Source: Centroscyllium fabricii (Eukaryota). From it: a stretch of DNA of 64,000 bases. The notes under the pieces were generated by a model that saw only the letters and a program-made list of their open reading frames with translations, made no database searches and was not told where the DNA came from. This document shows, in pieces, positions 1-11,969 of this stretch (the first letter of the stretch is position 1; the number at the start of each line of letters is the position of its first letter). A program made the translations under genes and the position numbers. Location of the stretch: contig JBNRSN020000026.1 in the NCBI GenBank assembly GCA_051313645.2, forward strand, positions 36,270,001 through 36,334,000. The letters run 5' to 3'.

Positions 1-203
1 GGAACGGCACTCTGCGCATGCGCCGTCGTCTGAAATGGGAGAGACGCTCCCGGGAGGCGGTAGGAGATTATGGGCTCGGGGAGTAATTGTACCCGTGGGT
101 GAGCTGGAAACCCGGTGTAGGCCTCAGGCCCCGATTAAATTTAGGTTTGTGCTCCAAAATGTTTTTCGGTTTTCGGATGTGCGGTTAAGGGATTGAGTAC
201 CTG
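1..203. mobile_element. Right end of a TcMar/Tigger-like non-autonomous DNA element, truncated by the window start
   Basis: Ends ...CGGTTAAGGGATTGAGTACCTG followed by TA (204-205), the CAG...CTG/TA pattern of pogo/Tigger elements; GC-rich interior containing TGCGCATGCGC. Confidence 0.55.
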
Positions 204-260
204 TATCAAAATAAAGACAGAATGTACGACATTAAAATGGGAACTGAATTATGTCAGCAC

Positions 261-417
261 CAATGTTCCCTCTAATTCTTTTTGGACCGCCCTTTAAGGG
301 GCGGTGTGGCCCATTGAAAAATCTGCGCAAGTGCCGTTTTTGCATTTAAAAGCCGGCTCACCGTCTGCGCGGGACCTCTAGAGTGCCACACGGCCACGCA
401 GCTTAAAGGAGACATTG
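261..417. mobile_element. hAT-type MITE
   Basis: TIRs CAATGTTCCCTCTAA...TTAAAGGAGACATTG; 8-bp TSD GTCAGCAC (253-260) / GTTAGCAC (418-425). A related degraded copy lies at ~50312-50453. Confidence 0.75.
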
Positions 418-687
418 GTTAGCACGCCTTGATCCAGTTAGCCCCCAGCTCCTAACTCCGCTTCACCTGAAGCCTACATGTGGACTCCACGCCACAGGAG
501 ACTGACTAGTAAATATAAACGTTCCTTGAATTTGATTACAAATATTCACCATTACACAGCAATACATCCCACTTCACATATCTGGTAACGTTTATATGTA
601 TATCCCTCTGAATTTAACACCGGGCATAGCGTTACCCTCTTTTCCGTACTGCTGTGTACTTTTGCAAATCCCTCTATAGTTTTTCTT

Positions 688-1093
688 CATAGAAAAACAT
701 AGAAGAAAGGAGCAGGAGTAGGCCATTCGGCCCTTCGAGCCTGCTCCGCCATTCAATGAGATCATGGCTGATCATCCAAACCCAGTACTCCGCCCCCGCC
801 CTCTCCCCATATCCCTCAATCCCTATCGAGCCTACACTGACACATATCCCACCCTATCCCCTTAACCCCACATATTCAATCCCCCTAACACTAAGGGTCA
901 ATTTTATCATGGCCAATCAACCTACCCCGCACATCTTTGGACTGTGGGAGGAAACCGGAGCACCCGGAGGAAACCCACGCAGACACGGGGAGAATGTGCA
1001 AACTCCACACAGATAGTACCCGAGGCTGGATTTGAACCCGGGTCTCCAGTGCTGTGAGGCAACAGTGCTAACCACTATGCCACCGTGCCGCCC
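688..1093 (-). mobile_element. HE1-like tRNA-derived V-SINE with long CR1-type tail
   Basis: The minus strand reads tRNA head GGCACGGTGGCATAGTGGTTAGCAC...GGGTTCAAATCC, V-domain TGTGTGGAGTTTGCACATTCTCCCCGTGTCTGCGTGGGTTTCCTCCGG, and a CR1-like 3' end finishing in (TTCTATG)n-like repeats. Confidence 0.85.
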
Positions 1094-1308
1094 AATCTTC
1101 GATCGTCTTCTGAAATATCTATTTTGTTTAAGAGGGGTCAGTGGAATATATTCCTTTGATTTAACATTTCACCAAATTGCATCCATTTAAATAAAATGGC
1201 ACGGTTACTGTCAGTCTTTATTTTACATACACAGAGATGAATCTTTTCGTGGCCTCAGTACTTACTGTAGCATGCAACCAATGCTCGTCTTCTCTTATTT
1301 TCCTGCAG

Positions 1309-4300
1309 GTCATCCTCCACGTTGCTATGACAATAGATTATGGAAAACTTCTAGGTGGAAAAAGATTAATGAAACATTATCAGAAGACGCATAAAGATAT
1401 TCAGTTTAGTTTTGACCAGAAAGCAGAACAATGCACCGTGGGTGGAACATTTTCAGTCATACAGGAACTAAGTGGAGCAATTCATCATTTGCTCAATTTA
1501 AATCCTGACCAAAAAAACAGCGACTGTTACGAAACTGAGCAACACGATGGCTTTCAAAACAGTGCTTCAGATAGTTCAAACAGCATTAGAAAAGTTGCTC
1601 GGATATCAAATGCAGACTTTAATGCCAAGGGGGAAACCAAAACTGGAATGCAAAGTTCTGCACATGGGAGTGTCAGAAGAGACACTGATTTGCAACAAGG
1701 CAGTGAGCGACAGACTGGGAATTTTGAAGATTACACTTTATTGATGGACTCTGATATTTACGTGTATATTCAGAAATTTTATAAAGACAGCTATCAAGAC
1801 ATTTTGCATCAGCACCATGTGGAGGTGTTGGATATTACCAGTGAAGACATCACCACCTTAATTTTGCAAGCGGCTTCTGACTGTTCGGCCAGCGGAGCAT
1901 CACCGCTGCAAGCACATCAAGAACTTTCTAAACTCTACCAGGACTTTGAGGTCAGGCTCCGCAAGGAACAGATCACCAAGAAAGATTTAACTTCTGATGT
2001 CAAACTCCTACAGGGCATCTATGCAAGCCTTCAGGCACAATTCCCCCAAATAAACTTCAATGAAGATGAAAACTATTTTTACCTAATAGGCAGTTCAAAT
2101 GATTGCTCTCTAGCCAAGAAATGGCTGCAGGATTTTAAGGAAGAACTGGAAGCAAGATCACGAAAAGGAAAGCATCCGACTTCAAGCAGACACTCGGAAA
2201 GTCCCCAGGCTAGTACCGGCAGTATACCTCAGTCTATGCAAGAATATGATGGCAACAGTTTGTTTCATCAAGTAGGATTGCCAAAAACAGATGCCAGAAA
2301 AGATCACAAATTGGCTCCAACCTTCATGGGTCTGGGGGAAAATGTCAATACGTTGAAGGCAAGGCACAGACTAGTTGAAGATGATTTGGTTCTGAGACCT
2401 GAGCAAACACATACAGCGGATCAATTGCTGACAGGCCATAGTATCAGGAGTAGTTTACTGATGGATGCCAAGTATCAGTTGAGTTCAGAATTGCAGCAAA
2501 AACCCCGGCTCAGTATTACAGGTAATGAGATGTTTACCTCTGCTGACAAAGCATTAACTAGTGGAACAGGGGAGTTTGTTGTAGCCAACAAAACTGGGGA
2601 AGACACTCCTAAGTACAAAGATTTTTCTGTATTAAGTGGTCAGGCCAAGGAACTCAAGAGTCCTGACAAAACAGGTGAGGACATTCTGTTCAAGGGATAT
2701 GAAGGCTCTTCCATTGTTGGTACAAATAAAGGAGATAAACTTTTCCAACATACCAAAAGTAACAAAGCACATGGTCCTATAAAGCCATACCACTTTGAAA
2801 CGTCAGCGGGTACTCTCTTTCACCAGGGAGAGCTGCTAGGCAACACGCAGACACTCCAGTCTATGACTGCTGCCAAAAGTTCAGAAGGTCAAACATCGAA
2901 ACCATCGCTGAGAAGAACCAACAGTTTTTCCGACTACTTAAGATCAAAACATTCCAGAGACTCTGGCAGCAGTTTGCAAGGAGTACCCACCAAAGTCAGT
3001 CCTGCTGAAAAAGTGCACGTGACTGAAGAACTCCCATTAGATTCAGTTGTGTGGTCTTATCTGAAAGACATCCATGATTCTTTAATCAGCAGCATTACTA
3101 CCAAAAGTGATGTTCTGGTGAATGAACAGATTCAGGGAGATATAACGATCCTAAAATTAACAGCATTGAATAAAGCCAACATCATGGTTGCCAAGCAGGA
3201 CATTTTGTCACTTTACACATCGGTAATGAAGCATTTGACTCAACAGTTTCTTTCATACACAAACCTTGGCATTGAGAACTACACTGAGAAAACGTTGGCG
3301 CAATGGCACAACAGTCTGAAAAATAACTTTCCAGAAGTAAAATTCATCGTAGGTCAGATAGGTTTCCACATTATTGCCACACCTGAACATTGCTTGAACG
3401 TAATAGAAACTTTTAAGCCCAAGTTAAGAGAGACGTTTTTGGAAGGCCGGCCCTTGACAGGAAGTGCGTCCATCTCAGCTTCTAATCAATGCTCATTCAT
3501 CGGCACAGAAAAGTTCAAAGACACGGATGGAGAGGACCTCAGCAGATCTACAGAACATCCTTCATTATTGGGTCAGGTTCCTCATGGCAGGAAGCCAAAT
3601 GGCTTCCATACTCCAGTACACCACATGGATGAAATCAGTCCAAAAAGAACGGCAAAAACAAGAGAAGAGCATCCTTCATTTCAGTCAGATAGCGACCTCA
3701 TTGAAGCTATGGGTCACTTGAGGGTAGATGGAAATTCCAAGAAGAATTGTAATTCTCAGCCAGACGTAGAAGAGGAGTGTCCAAAGAATCAGAAAAGGTA
3801 TTCAAATGAGAGCGATGGCCCTGCATCAAATTCAAGGCAGGAACACAATCCACTTATGGATCAGGGGAAATCACCGAAACCTATTGATGAATACAGTGGT
3901 TCAGAGTTTCTTCAGGATCAGGCTGATTATAAAAGTCAGAAGATGATGAAGCAGATTGGAGATGTAGAGGGATTCAAGGCAAAGAAAGCACTGCCCGATA
4001 AATTTCATTTTACAATCAACAAGCTGGTGAAAGAAAACTATTGGTACGATAAAGAAAGCAGCTTGCATCGCAATAAAGTGGACAGCGGCACACAGTCATT
4101 ACCAGTATTTTCTTACACTAGTACATCAGTGTTGCAACAAAATAGAGAGGGTCCACAGGCCTCCGAGTCAGCTACAAATTCAAGAGACCAAATGCAAGAA
4201 AAATATCTGCAGCAGCAAGATGACAGCGGTGAGACAATGTCGCAAGAAAGGAAGACCTTGAAAAATTCTCAGCAAAATCAACCCAGATGTCCGGCCATAG

Positions 4301-4581
4301 GACTGGACGCACCAGAACTAAACGAATCAACCGTGTCTTGCGATAACTGTAAGAAAATTACGAGGTTATCAGAGATGGGCTGTGGTCACGTTTTGTGTGA
4401 GGAATGTTACACAGTTAATCAGTCATTCTGTCCGGCGTGCTGTCAAATTACTGCCCCAGCGAAAATTGGAAGCCAGCCTCTGGGTATCATGAAGTTCGCA
4501 GTTCTGAACATTGAATTAGCTGGATATCCGAGAGTCTTGACTTTGAAAATAACCTACCACATCCCTGATGGTATCCAGCGG
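1309..4581 (+). CDS. DTX3L-like Deltex E3 ligase, giant internal coding exon (KH-like/low-complexity region, C3HC4 RING, start of DTC domain); upstream exons outside window
   Basis: Acceptor ttattttcctgcag|GTC at 1308/1309 and donor CGG|gtaagt at 4581/4582, both phase 0; open for 1091 codons. RING CDNC-x10-CGH-x2-CEEC-x7-CPAC at 4339-4440, followed by GSQPLGIM...LAGYP...LKITYHIPDGIQ, typical of a Deltex C-terminal domain. Confidence 0.88.
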
Positions 4582-4784
4582 GTAAGTAGTCTGGTTCAGT
4601 TAAGAAGAATTAAATCATTAGTATAATAATGGGCAACTTGTAGGTCTTGTATTGTTTCAGTCAAATTTTGCTTCCAGTTTGTCTTGTGCTGCTGATAGTA
4701 GAAACGACACACTTTTTTGTGGAATGACTATTGATAAATGCCAGTGTAGATATGGTTTGAGAGAGGTTTAGAACTTACAAGATA

Positions 4785-5321
4785 CAGGTTGAGCAGCGTT
4801 AATCCGCCACGGGCGGGACCAGGCCCGTGCCGGGAAATGGAAAAAACCGGGAGAACGAGTTTGGACACTGCGCATGCGCGCCATTCAAAATGGCCGCGCG
4901 CGTGCGCGCAGCATTGCGATTGGCTGGCGCGCGCATGCGCAGATCGGGTACGGGTCCGCATTCGCGTTCCCTCTCCATCGCCTTTCGGGTTGCTGCTGCC
5001 GCCAAGCCGGACTCAGGCTGACAGCTGTTGCCTAGTGACTGTCCGCCTCAGTCACGGGGCTCAGCTGTCGAGAAAATAACCGGCGGCCGTATTGAATTAT
5101 CTGCGCATGCGCTAACCGTCCGGTGACGCATGCGCAGATCATTCAAAACACCCGCAGCTGTTTTGAATGATCTGCGCATGCGCTCGGCGCATGCGCAGAT
5201 CATTCGCTGAAGCCACGATGGGGGCTGCCATTTTGCGCATGCGCAGTGCAGTCGGGGCAATTTGTGCCGGCAGACTGAAGCTGCCGGCTATTAGGGACAC
5301 GGATTAACGGTGCTCAACCTG
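4785..5321. mobile_element. TcMar (pogo/Tigger-like) MITE, family A, rich in GCGCATGCGC
   Basis: 22-bp TIRs CAGGTTGAGCAGCGTTAATCCG / CGGATTAACGGTGCTCAACCTG with TA on both sides. Confidence 0.85.
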
Positions 5322-5617
5322 TAATCATTAAACAGGCATGTGCTGTGGACAGTGTTAATTCTCTGGGGTAAATCTTATGATTCAGCCAAAGCTTATTTCT
5401 AACATTCATAACACACACGGGAGGTAATTTGACTTTGTGCGAGTGTAAAACAAGTGATAGCGAATTGGCAGTCTGTATTCCATCTCTCCCATTTTTTTAA
5501 ATTTCCATTGGCTTCAATCCCATCCCCTGAAATTTAACATTGGTTTTACTTCCCTTGTGTGTGTTTAGAAGGTACACTGTAAAAGGTAGATGCTCCTGTC
5601 GGGCACAGAGCAGAGTT

Positions 5618-6170
5618 TATGGCCGAAAAATTGGTCAGCGCACGGATTGGGGCGCTAACCTCGGCGCAGCGCTAAAATTAGCGCTGGAGCCCCCGATATT
5701 CGCTCTAGTGCCGGCCTTGCAGATTGCAGCACTAAATCAAGCGTTGCACGGGTGCAAACGGCCAATATTCAGGCGCTAAGTGGCGGGCGCGGGTGCAGCG
5801 TTCCATCTGCCACTCCTGGCCTTCCCAGCAACGCCGGCACCAGTCAGCTATTAAAGGGGATGGGGAAATAGTATATGATGTCTCCTCACCTCCCTCTGTA
5901 TCACTACTCACCTCCCTCTGTCTGTCTCCGATCTCCCACATAATGCCCACCGCACGAAAGTGTCTCCCTTTAAAGAACGCCCCAGCGCCCCAACATCACC
6001 TCAGCTACGTTTGTGAAAGCTGGCGCGGGCAGCGCTGGGTGTTAGTTAGGCGGCCGCTCGTCAATTTCGGGTGCAGCCCTGGGGGCGGGCGTTGCACCAG
6101 GATATCAGCAAGGATTCAGGCGCGCCAAGTAGCGCGTGCTAACAGTTAGCACCGGCGCTAATCGCTTGAA
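5618..6170. mobile_element. GC-rich non-autonomous DNA-transposon-like insertion
   Basis: Abrupt GC/CpG-rich block with recurrent AGCGC/GCGCT motifs and loosely inverted ends (CCGAAAAATTGG...CAATTTCGG); TSD not resolved. Confidence 0.4.
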
Positions 6171-6253
6171 AATGCAGTGGTGGAGGACACTGGCTATAAT
6201 CACATGGAATAAAAATCTGCTGCTTTGAATCCTTGTTTTTTTTTTCTTTAAAG

Positions 6254-6465
6254 GAATGTGATCCAAGCCCAGGACAACCATTTGAAGGAGCCAAGTTTAA
6301 TGCCTATTTGCCTGACAATTTTATAGGAAGAAATGTTTTAAAATTGTTAAAGGAAGCCTTTATTAACGGCCTGACCTTCAAAATAGTATCAGCTCCCTTA
6401 GGACGGCACCAGGTAGCATGGAATAATATTCCTCACAAAACAGCTTCAACTGGAGGGAAAACTCA
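6254..6465 (+). CDS. DTX3L-like Deltex E3 ligase, penultimate coding exon (DTC domain)
   Basis: Acceptor ttttctttaaag|GAA and donor CA|gtaagt (phase 2). Encodes ECDPSPGQPFEGAKFNAYLPDNFIGRNVLKLLKEAFINGLTF...WNNIPHKTASTGGKT, matching the Deltex AYLPD/LL..AF...LTF/W..I.HKT motifs. Confidence 0.92.
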
Positions 6466-6714
6466 GTAAGTCTTTTTCCCCTCCACTATTAAACTCTGTA
6501 TGATCGTTCCTTTATTATTTCTACCTTGGCTACAGAAGACTGATCTTTAGCCACTATCAGGTTCAATTTTCTCTCTGCGTTACATTTAGCACACTGGTTA
6601 ATGCATTCACAATTAGTGACTCTTTAAATAGCACAGAGTGGAATTTAAAGAATTTCTTTAGGAAAGAACCTTGGTTAATCGGATGGTCAGAAGAAAAAAA
6701 AAATCAGTGCTAGT

Positions 6715-6939
6715 TGACGTAATAAAGACTTACTACGCTCTTGGTTGGATATAAAGCAAGGCTTTATTCGACTTATAAAACAACATAGAGAGCTAGTTAA
6801 CAGTCACTAGCTTCCTGGTTTCAGATTGTCTCTGTCCAAGGTGGGCCCATGCCCGAGTATTTATACTCCCCAGTCGGCGCCCTCAGCTGGCCGACCAGTA
6901 ACTCTTCCTAAGTTATTTCTGAAGTCGTGTTTTACGACA
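6715..6939 (-). mobile_element. Solo LTR
   Basis: Termini TGACGTAA...TTACGACA; 5-bp flanks CTAGT/CTAGC; minus-strand TATAAA (~6860) and AATAAA (6763-6768) in LTR order. Confidence 0.6.
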
Positions 6940-7397
6940 CTAGCGTTGCAACCCCGTCTGTCAAGCATGGCTCTATGCACAAACAGCTGAATTTTTCAAA
7001 TTATTAAAATGTTTAAATGCAAAAAACATTGACCAGTGTGCTAAAAATATCAGAAGCATTAAACATTTGATTTTGTGTCTACAAGTTGTTATCCAGAAAC
7101 TCTTGTCACCATCCACTGTGACACTGGCTTTTTGACTATGCATCACTGTATACATCGACTTGAAACGTTAACTCTGTTTCTCTCTCCACCGATGCTGCCT
7201 GGCCTGCTGAGTTTCTCCAGCGTTTTCTGTTGTTTTCACTGTATACTATTTTGTCCCCCTTTAATCCTGATCCCTAAACAACTTATCATTTGTTTAGGAA
7301 TAATTGAATTACATGTACATGGAGTGTTAATAGTGGAATTAATGCATGGTCCATCCAATTCCACCATTGCAAGTTCAAGCCCCATTCCGGGACTCAA

Positions 7398-7664
7398 GGC
7401 ACGGTGGCATAGTGGTTAGCACTGTTGCATCACAGCGCTAGGGGCCCGGGTTCAAATCCAGCCTCGGGTGACTTTCTCCCCGTGTCTGCGTGGGTTTCCT
7501 CCGGGTGCCTCCCACAGTCCAAAGATGTGCGGGTTAGGTTGATTGGCCACGATTGACCCTTAGTGTTAGGGGGATTAAATATGTGGGGGGTTACGGGGAT
7601 AGGGTGGGATACGTGTCGGTGCAGGCTCGATGGGCCGAAATGGCCTTTAGGGATTCTATGATTC
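7398..7664 (+). mobile_element. HE1-like V-SINE, internally deleted, short tail
   Basis: tRNA head GGCACGGTGGCATAGTGGTTAGC, partial V-domain, tail GGGCCGAAATGGCC...AGGGATTCTATGATTC. Confidence 0.85.
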
Positions 7665-8420
7665 AAGGCGGACACTGCAGTGCAGTCCAACACCGCCTTC
7701 AGTGTGCCAGTGCAGCCTTCGGTCGCCTGAGAAAAAGAGTGTGTTTGAGGACCAGGACTGGAAACCCGGCACCAAGCTCATGGTCTACAGAGCAGCAGTG
7801 ATACCCGCCCTGCTGTATGCCTCGGAGACATGGACCATGTACAGCAGGCACCTCAAGTCACTGGCGTGGTACCACCAACGCTGCCTCTGCAAGATCCTGT
7901 AAATCCATTGGCAGGATATCCGCACCGTCAGTGTTCTCACTCAGGCCGACATCCCCAGCATTGAAGCTTCGACCACACACGATCAGCTCCGATGGACGGG
8001 TCAGATTGTCCGCATGCCCGATAGAGACTCCCAAAACAAGCGCTCTACTCAGAGCTCTGGCACGGCCCGAGTGCCCCAGGTGGGCAGAGGAAACGCTTCA
8101 AGGACACCCTCAAAGCCTCCTTGAAAAAGTGTAACATCCCCACCGACACCTGGGAATCCATGGCCCAAGACCGCACAAAGTGGAGAAGCATCCGGGAAGG
8201 CGGCGAACAGAGTCTCTTCGCCGGGAGCAAGCGGAAGCCAAGCGCTGGCAGCGCACGTCAACCCAAGCACTCCACCCACCTGTCCCTTCAACCACCGTCT
8301 GCCCCACCTGTGACAGAGACTGTAGATCCCGCACGGGACTCATCAGTCACCTGAAAACTCATTTTTAATGTGGAAGCAAATCATCCCTGGTTCCGAGGGA
8401 CTGCCTAAGACAAAGAAGCA
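7665..8420 (+). mobile_element. RTE/BovB-like LINE 3' fragment (frameshifted RT C-terminus and terminal C2H2 knuckle)
   Basis: Fragments ASAAFGRLRKRV, TKLMVYRAAVIPALLYASETWT...YHQRCLCKIL and CPTCDRDCRSRTGLISHLKTH in shifting frames. Confidence 0.85.
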
Positions 8421-8679
8421 GCAAGCACCAGAGGGGCTATCTTTTGGATGAGATATTAAAGCAAAACACTACCCACTCTGGATGTGAAAGACACAAGAGA
8501 GTATTCCTCCCTCAGTCAACACCATTCAATTAATTTGCTGTTTTCAAATTGACTGCTGTATTCGTCAACAATTCAAAATTGATTCATTGGCTATGAAATG
8601 CTTTGGAAAGTTAAGGGTGCTACTCATAAGATCAAATGGTGGACATACTCATGTTGTCAAGCAGCATTTGTGGAGACGA

Positions 8680-11490
8680 TGATCTTCAGCACTGGAAAAA
8701 GTTAGAGATGTCACTGATTTTAAGCAAGTGCAAGGGCAGGGAAAGGGAGGAAAGAACAAAAAGGAAGGTCTGTGATAGGTGGAAGAAGTGATTAAATGAC
8801 AAAAGGAATAAGAGTAATGGGACAAGAAACAAGGAGTTGTAAATGGCAACAACAGAACCATTACCAGCACCTGCTGTCCAGAAAGTGGTTATGATGTTGA
8901 ACTCATTGTTGCGTCCAAAAAGTTGTAAAGTGCCTAATGGAAAGAGGTGGTGCTGTTCCTAGAGCTTCCTTGGAAGTGTAGGAGGCTAAAGTCAGAGTGG
9001 GGGTGGGACAGAGAATTAAAATGGCAAGCAACCAAAAGCTCAGGGTCACACTTGTCGAGTTAATGGAGGCGAGTTAATGGAGGCGTTCAGCAAAGCAATC
9101 ACCCAAGCTGCATTTGCCCTCCCCAATGTAGAGAAGCAAATACAGTATAGCAAATTGAAGATGTACAAGTAAATTGCTGTTTCACCTGGAAGGAGTGTTC
9201 GGGGACTTAGATGATTGGGAAGGGAGAAGTTGAATGTGCAGGTGTTGCATCTCCTGCCCTTGCAATGGGAAGGTGTTGTGGGAAGGGGAGCGGGTGATTG
9301 AAGAGTGGACCAGGGTTTCGTAGAGGGAACGGCCCTTTTGGAATGCATAAAAAAGGTGAGGGGGTGGTGAGCGGGCGAGCGTTTTCGTTGGAGGTAGGCA
9401 GAGGATGATCGGTTTAATGTGCAGGCTGGTGGGGTGGAAGGCGAGGACAAGAGGAACCCTATTATCGTTCTGCAGAGGGCACAATTGCAGACATGGCTGA
9501 GGGCACCGTCAGCCAAGGTGAAAGGGAATCCTCAGTTAAGAAAAAAAAGACAGTGGAAGCACTGGTATGGAAGGTGGCATCGTCACAACAAATGCAATGG
9601 AGATGGAGAAACTAGAAGATGGAGTCCTTACAGGAAGCGGGGTGGGAAGAAATGTAATCAAGGAGGCTGTGGGAGTCAATGGGCTTCTAGTAAATATTGG
9701 TGGACAGCCTGTTCCCAGAAATAGAGAAGTCGATGAAGGGAAAGAGTCAGATATGGAACATGAAGGCGAGTGAGGGGTGGTAATTGGAAGCAAAGTTGAT
9801 GAAATTTTCCAGTTCGGGGTGAGAATGGGAATTGGCACTAATACACCAGGCATCAATGTACCAGAAAGAGAGATGAGGGAGGGGACCAGTGTAGGACTGG
9901 AACACAAAGAATGTTCCACGTATCCCACAAAAAGCAGGCTTGGCTGGAGAAGTTAAGGTGAACAAGTTCAGCCAGGCGGAGAAGGGTGATGGTGGATCGG
10001 GACTGGTTGGCCACCCTTCAAGGAAGCAGAGGAGGTCCCTCAGGCTATCCTGGAGGGGAGTGGCAGTGAAGAGGGACTGGAGACTGAAAAGGAGATTTAG
10101 GGTCAGGAAACGTAAAACTGTTAAAGTGGTGGATGGCATCTGAAGAGTTGTGGATGTTGGTTGACAGACTTGACAAGGGGAAAAAAGTTGATAGGAAGAA
10201 ACAAGTTCCATAGAAACAAGTTCCATAGAGCAAGAACAGACTGAAATGGGTCTACCAGGGCTGTTCTGTTGTGGATCTTGGGAAGGAAGCAGAAGCAGAC
10301 TGTGCAGGGTTGGGGTTCTGAGGTTTTAGGCCATGGGAAGGAGCGACGGTCTGGGAAATGATGGCTTGATGGTCGGTGTCGTGGTCTGGGTGTTTGAGGT
10401 AGGATGTTCAGCCGCTGCAAGGTAGAGATCTGTTCACCAAACAATAAACCTGCTGACAAGGGTGGTGCTAATGACAATGTCAGGGTTGGATCTGATAGAC
10501 CAGCATGCTAAGCGTTCAGAGGGAGTTAGTTAGTTTAGAGCGAGTGAGGGAAGCAGAGAAATTGAGACGACTGATGTCACACTGGCAGTTCCCAATGAAA
10601 AGATGGAGCGGGCCAGAAGCCAGGAAGGAGGGGTCCAGGTAGAACAATAAATCTGAAGATGGGACAAAGGGTCTGTTGTACCGGGAAGAAAGGGTGACTC
10701 CAGGTCAAAGAAGTGGGCACGAAGGGAAAGGCAACAAAAGAGCAGCTTAGCATCATGTCAGGCTCGAAATTCAGGTGGGGGCATAAGGTGATGAAGTGGA
10801 GGCCTGATCGTTTGGGGTCAAAGAGGATAGTGAAAACACAACAAAAGGACAAGATTGGAAGGCAGGCTGGGATCAGAAGGATCCAGAGAGGCATTGGTAT
10901 CCCAAGAGTTGTTGAAGCTTGCGATTCTGGACACCGGAAAAAGAAAAAAAAAGTGCTGATGAGGTGAAGGATGAAATGGAACGGTGGACAAGGACAACTC
11001 CGGAGTGGAGGTGCTGCTCCTAAAGAGGGAGGTCAAATGTGTGCACAAATATGCGATGCATTGATCTCAGGAAGCGGAGAGCGCGCAGTGGTTCGAGGAA
11101 TGCTGAATATCATGGAGATATCTGTAATCATGGGTGGATCCAAAACATGAAGGGTGGAATTCACGTAGAATAAGTAGGAGCCAGTTGTGGAGGAGAGAGA
11201 TGTGGCTGTGAAAGCGAGTTTTAGTAGATACCTGGGGAGGGGGGGGGCGGAGAACAATGAAGGTGAAGGAAAGAGACAAATGGAAATCCTGTCAGAAGAG
11301 CAGAACTTCAAGGTGGGCATTCCTGAAAGAGAAGCAGCAATAAATTAAGAAGCATAAAATAATGTAGATGCTGGAAATCAGAAATAAAAACAAAAATGCT
11401 GGGGGGGGAAAAACCCATCAGGTCAGGCAGCATCTGTGGCGGGGGTGGGGGAGAAAGTCTGGTTAATGTTTCAGGTCGACAGCCACCTCC
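8680..11490 (-). mobile_element. Decayed Penelope-like retroelement (RT + GIY-YIG remnants) with terminal-repeat remnant at ~11350-11490
   Basis: Minus-strand fragments RVPLVLAFHPTSLHIKPIIL, a CNTC motif, NLLYCIC (upstream of the GIY-YIG core) and FWYIDA (decayed YIDD); many frameshifts. Lies in the last intron of the Deltex-like gene. Confidence 0.75.
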
Positions 11491-11969
11491 AGGACAGCAG
11501 AGGGAAAGAAAAAGGTCTCTGCTATCGTCAAGTCAGTGAAAAAATATACTGCTTGGCTCCTGTAGTTGGCCATTTCAAATGGCAAGCGAACCACTAAAAT
11601 CTAGTTGGTTAGCCAAACCACCTCAATTAGAGTTACCGAATTGTCTTAAGTTTAGAACCCTGGTAACCCAAATTCTCCCCTCCCCCGAGTGCAGCAAGAA
11701 ATTCCTAATAATGTGGCCTTTAAAATGTTTGTTGCTCAGCAGTTTATTGCCTAGAGGGATACATTATTGAATTAATGGCACTATTGAATTGTAGCACTAC
11801 TTCAACATGTTGGTGGGAAGTGTAGAAAGTAATAAAATGGTTGATGTATTGAGGGATCTGCTCTTTAATGCATGGATAAGTTCAGTCACTAAACCCTGCC
11901 TAATGATTAGTTTGTAAAGATTGATTTGGAACAATATTCCTTAAAAACAGCACTCTGGTTTCTTTACAG

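Noticed and set aside
1237-4626. 1129-aa ORF treated as a complete single-exon gene
   Set aside because: The first 24 and last 14 codons fall beyond strong splice sites (cag|G at 1309, G|gtaagt at 4581), and the DTC domain only completes through the downstream exons.
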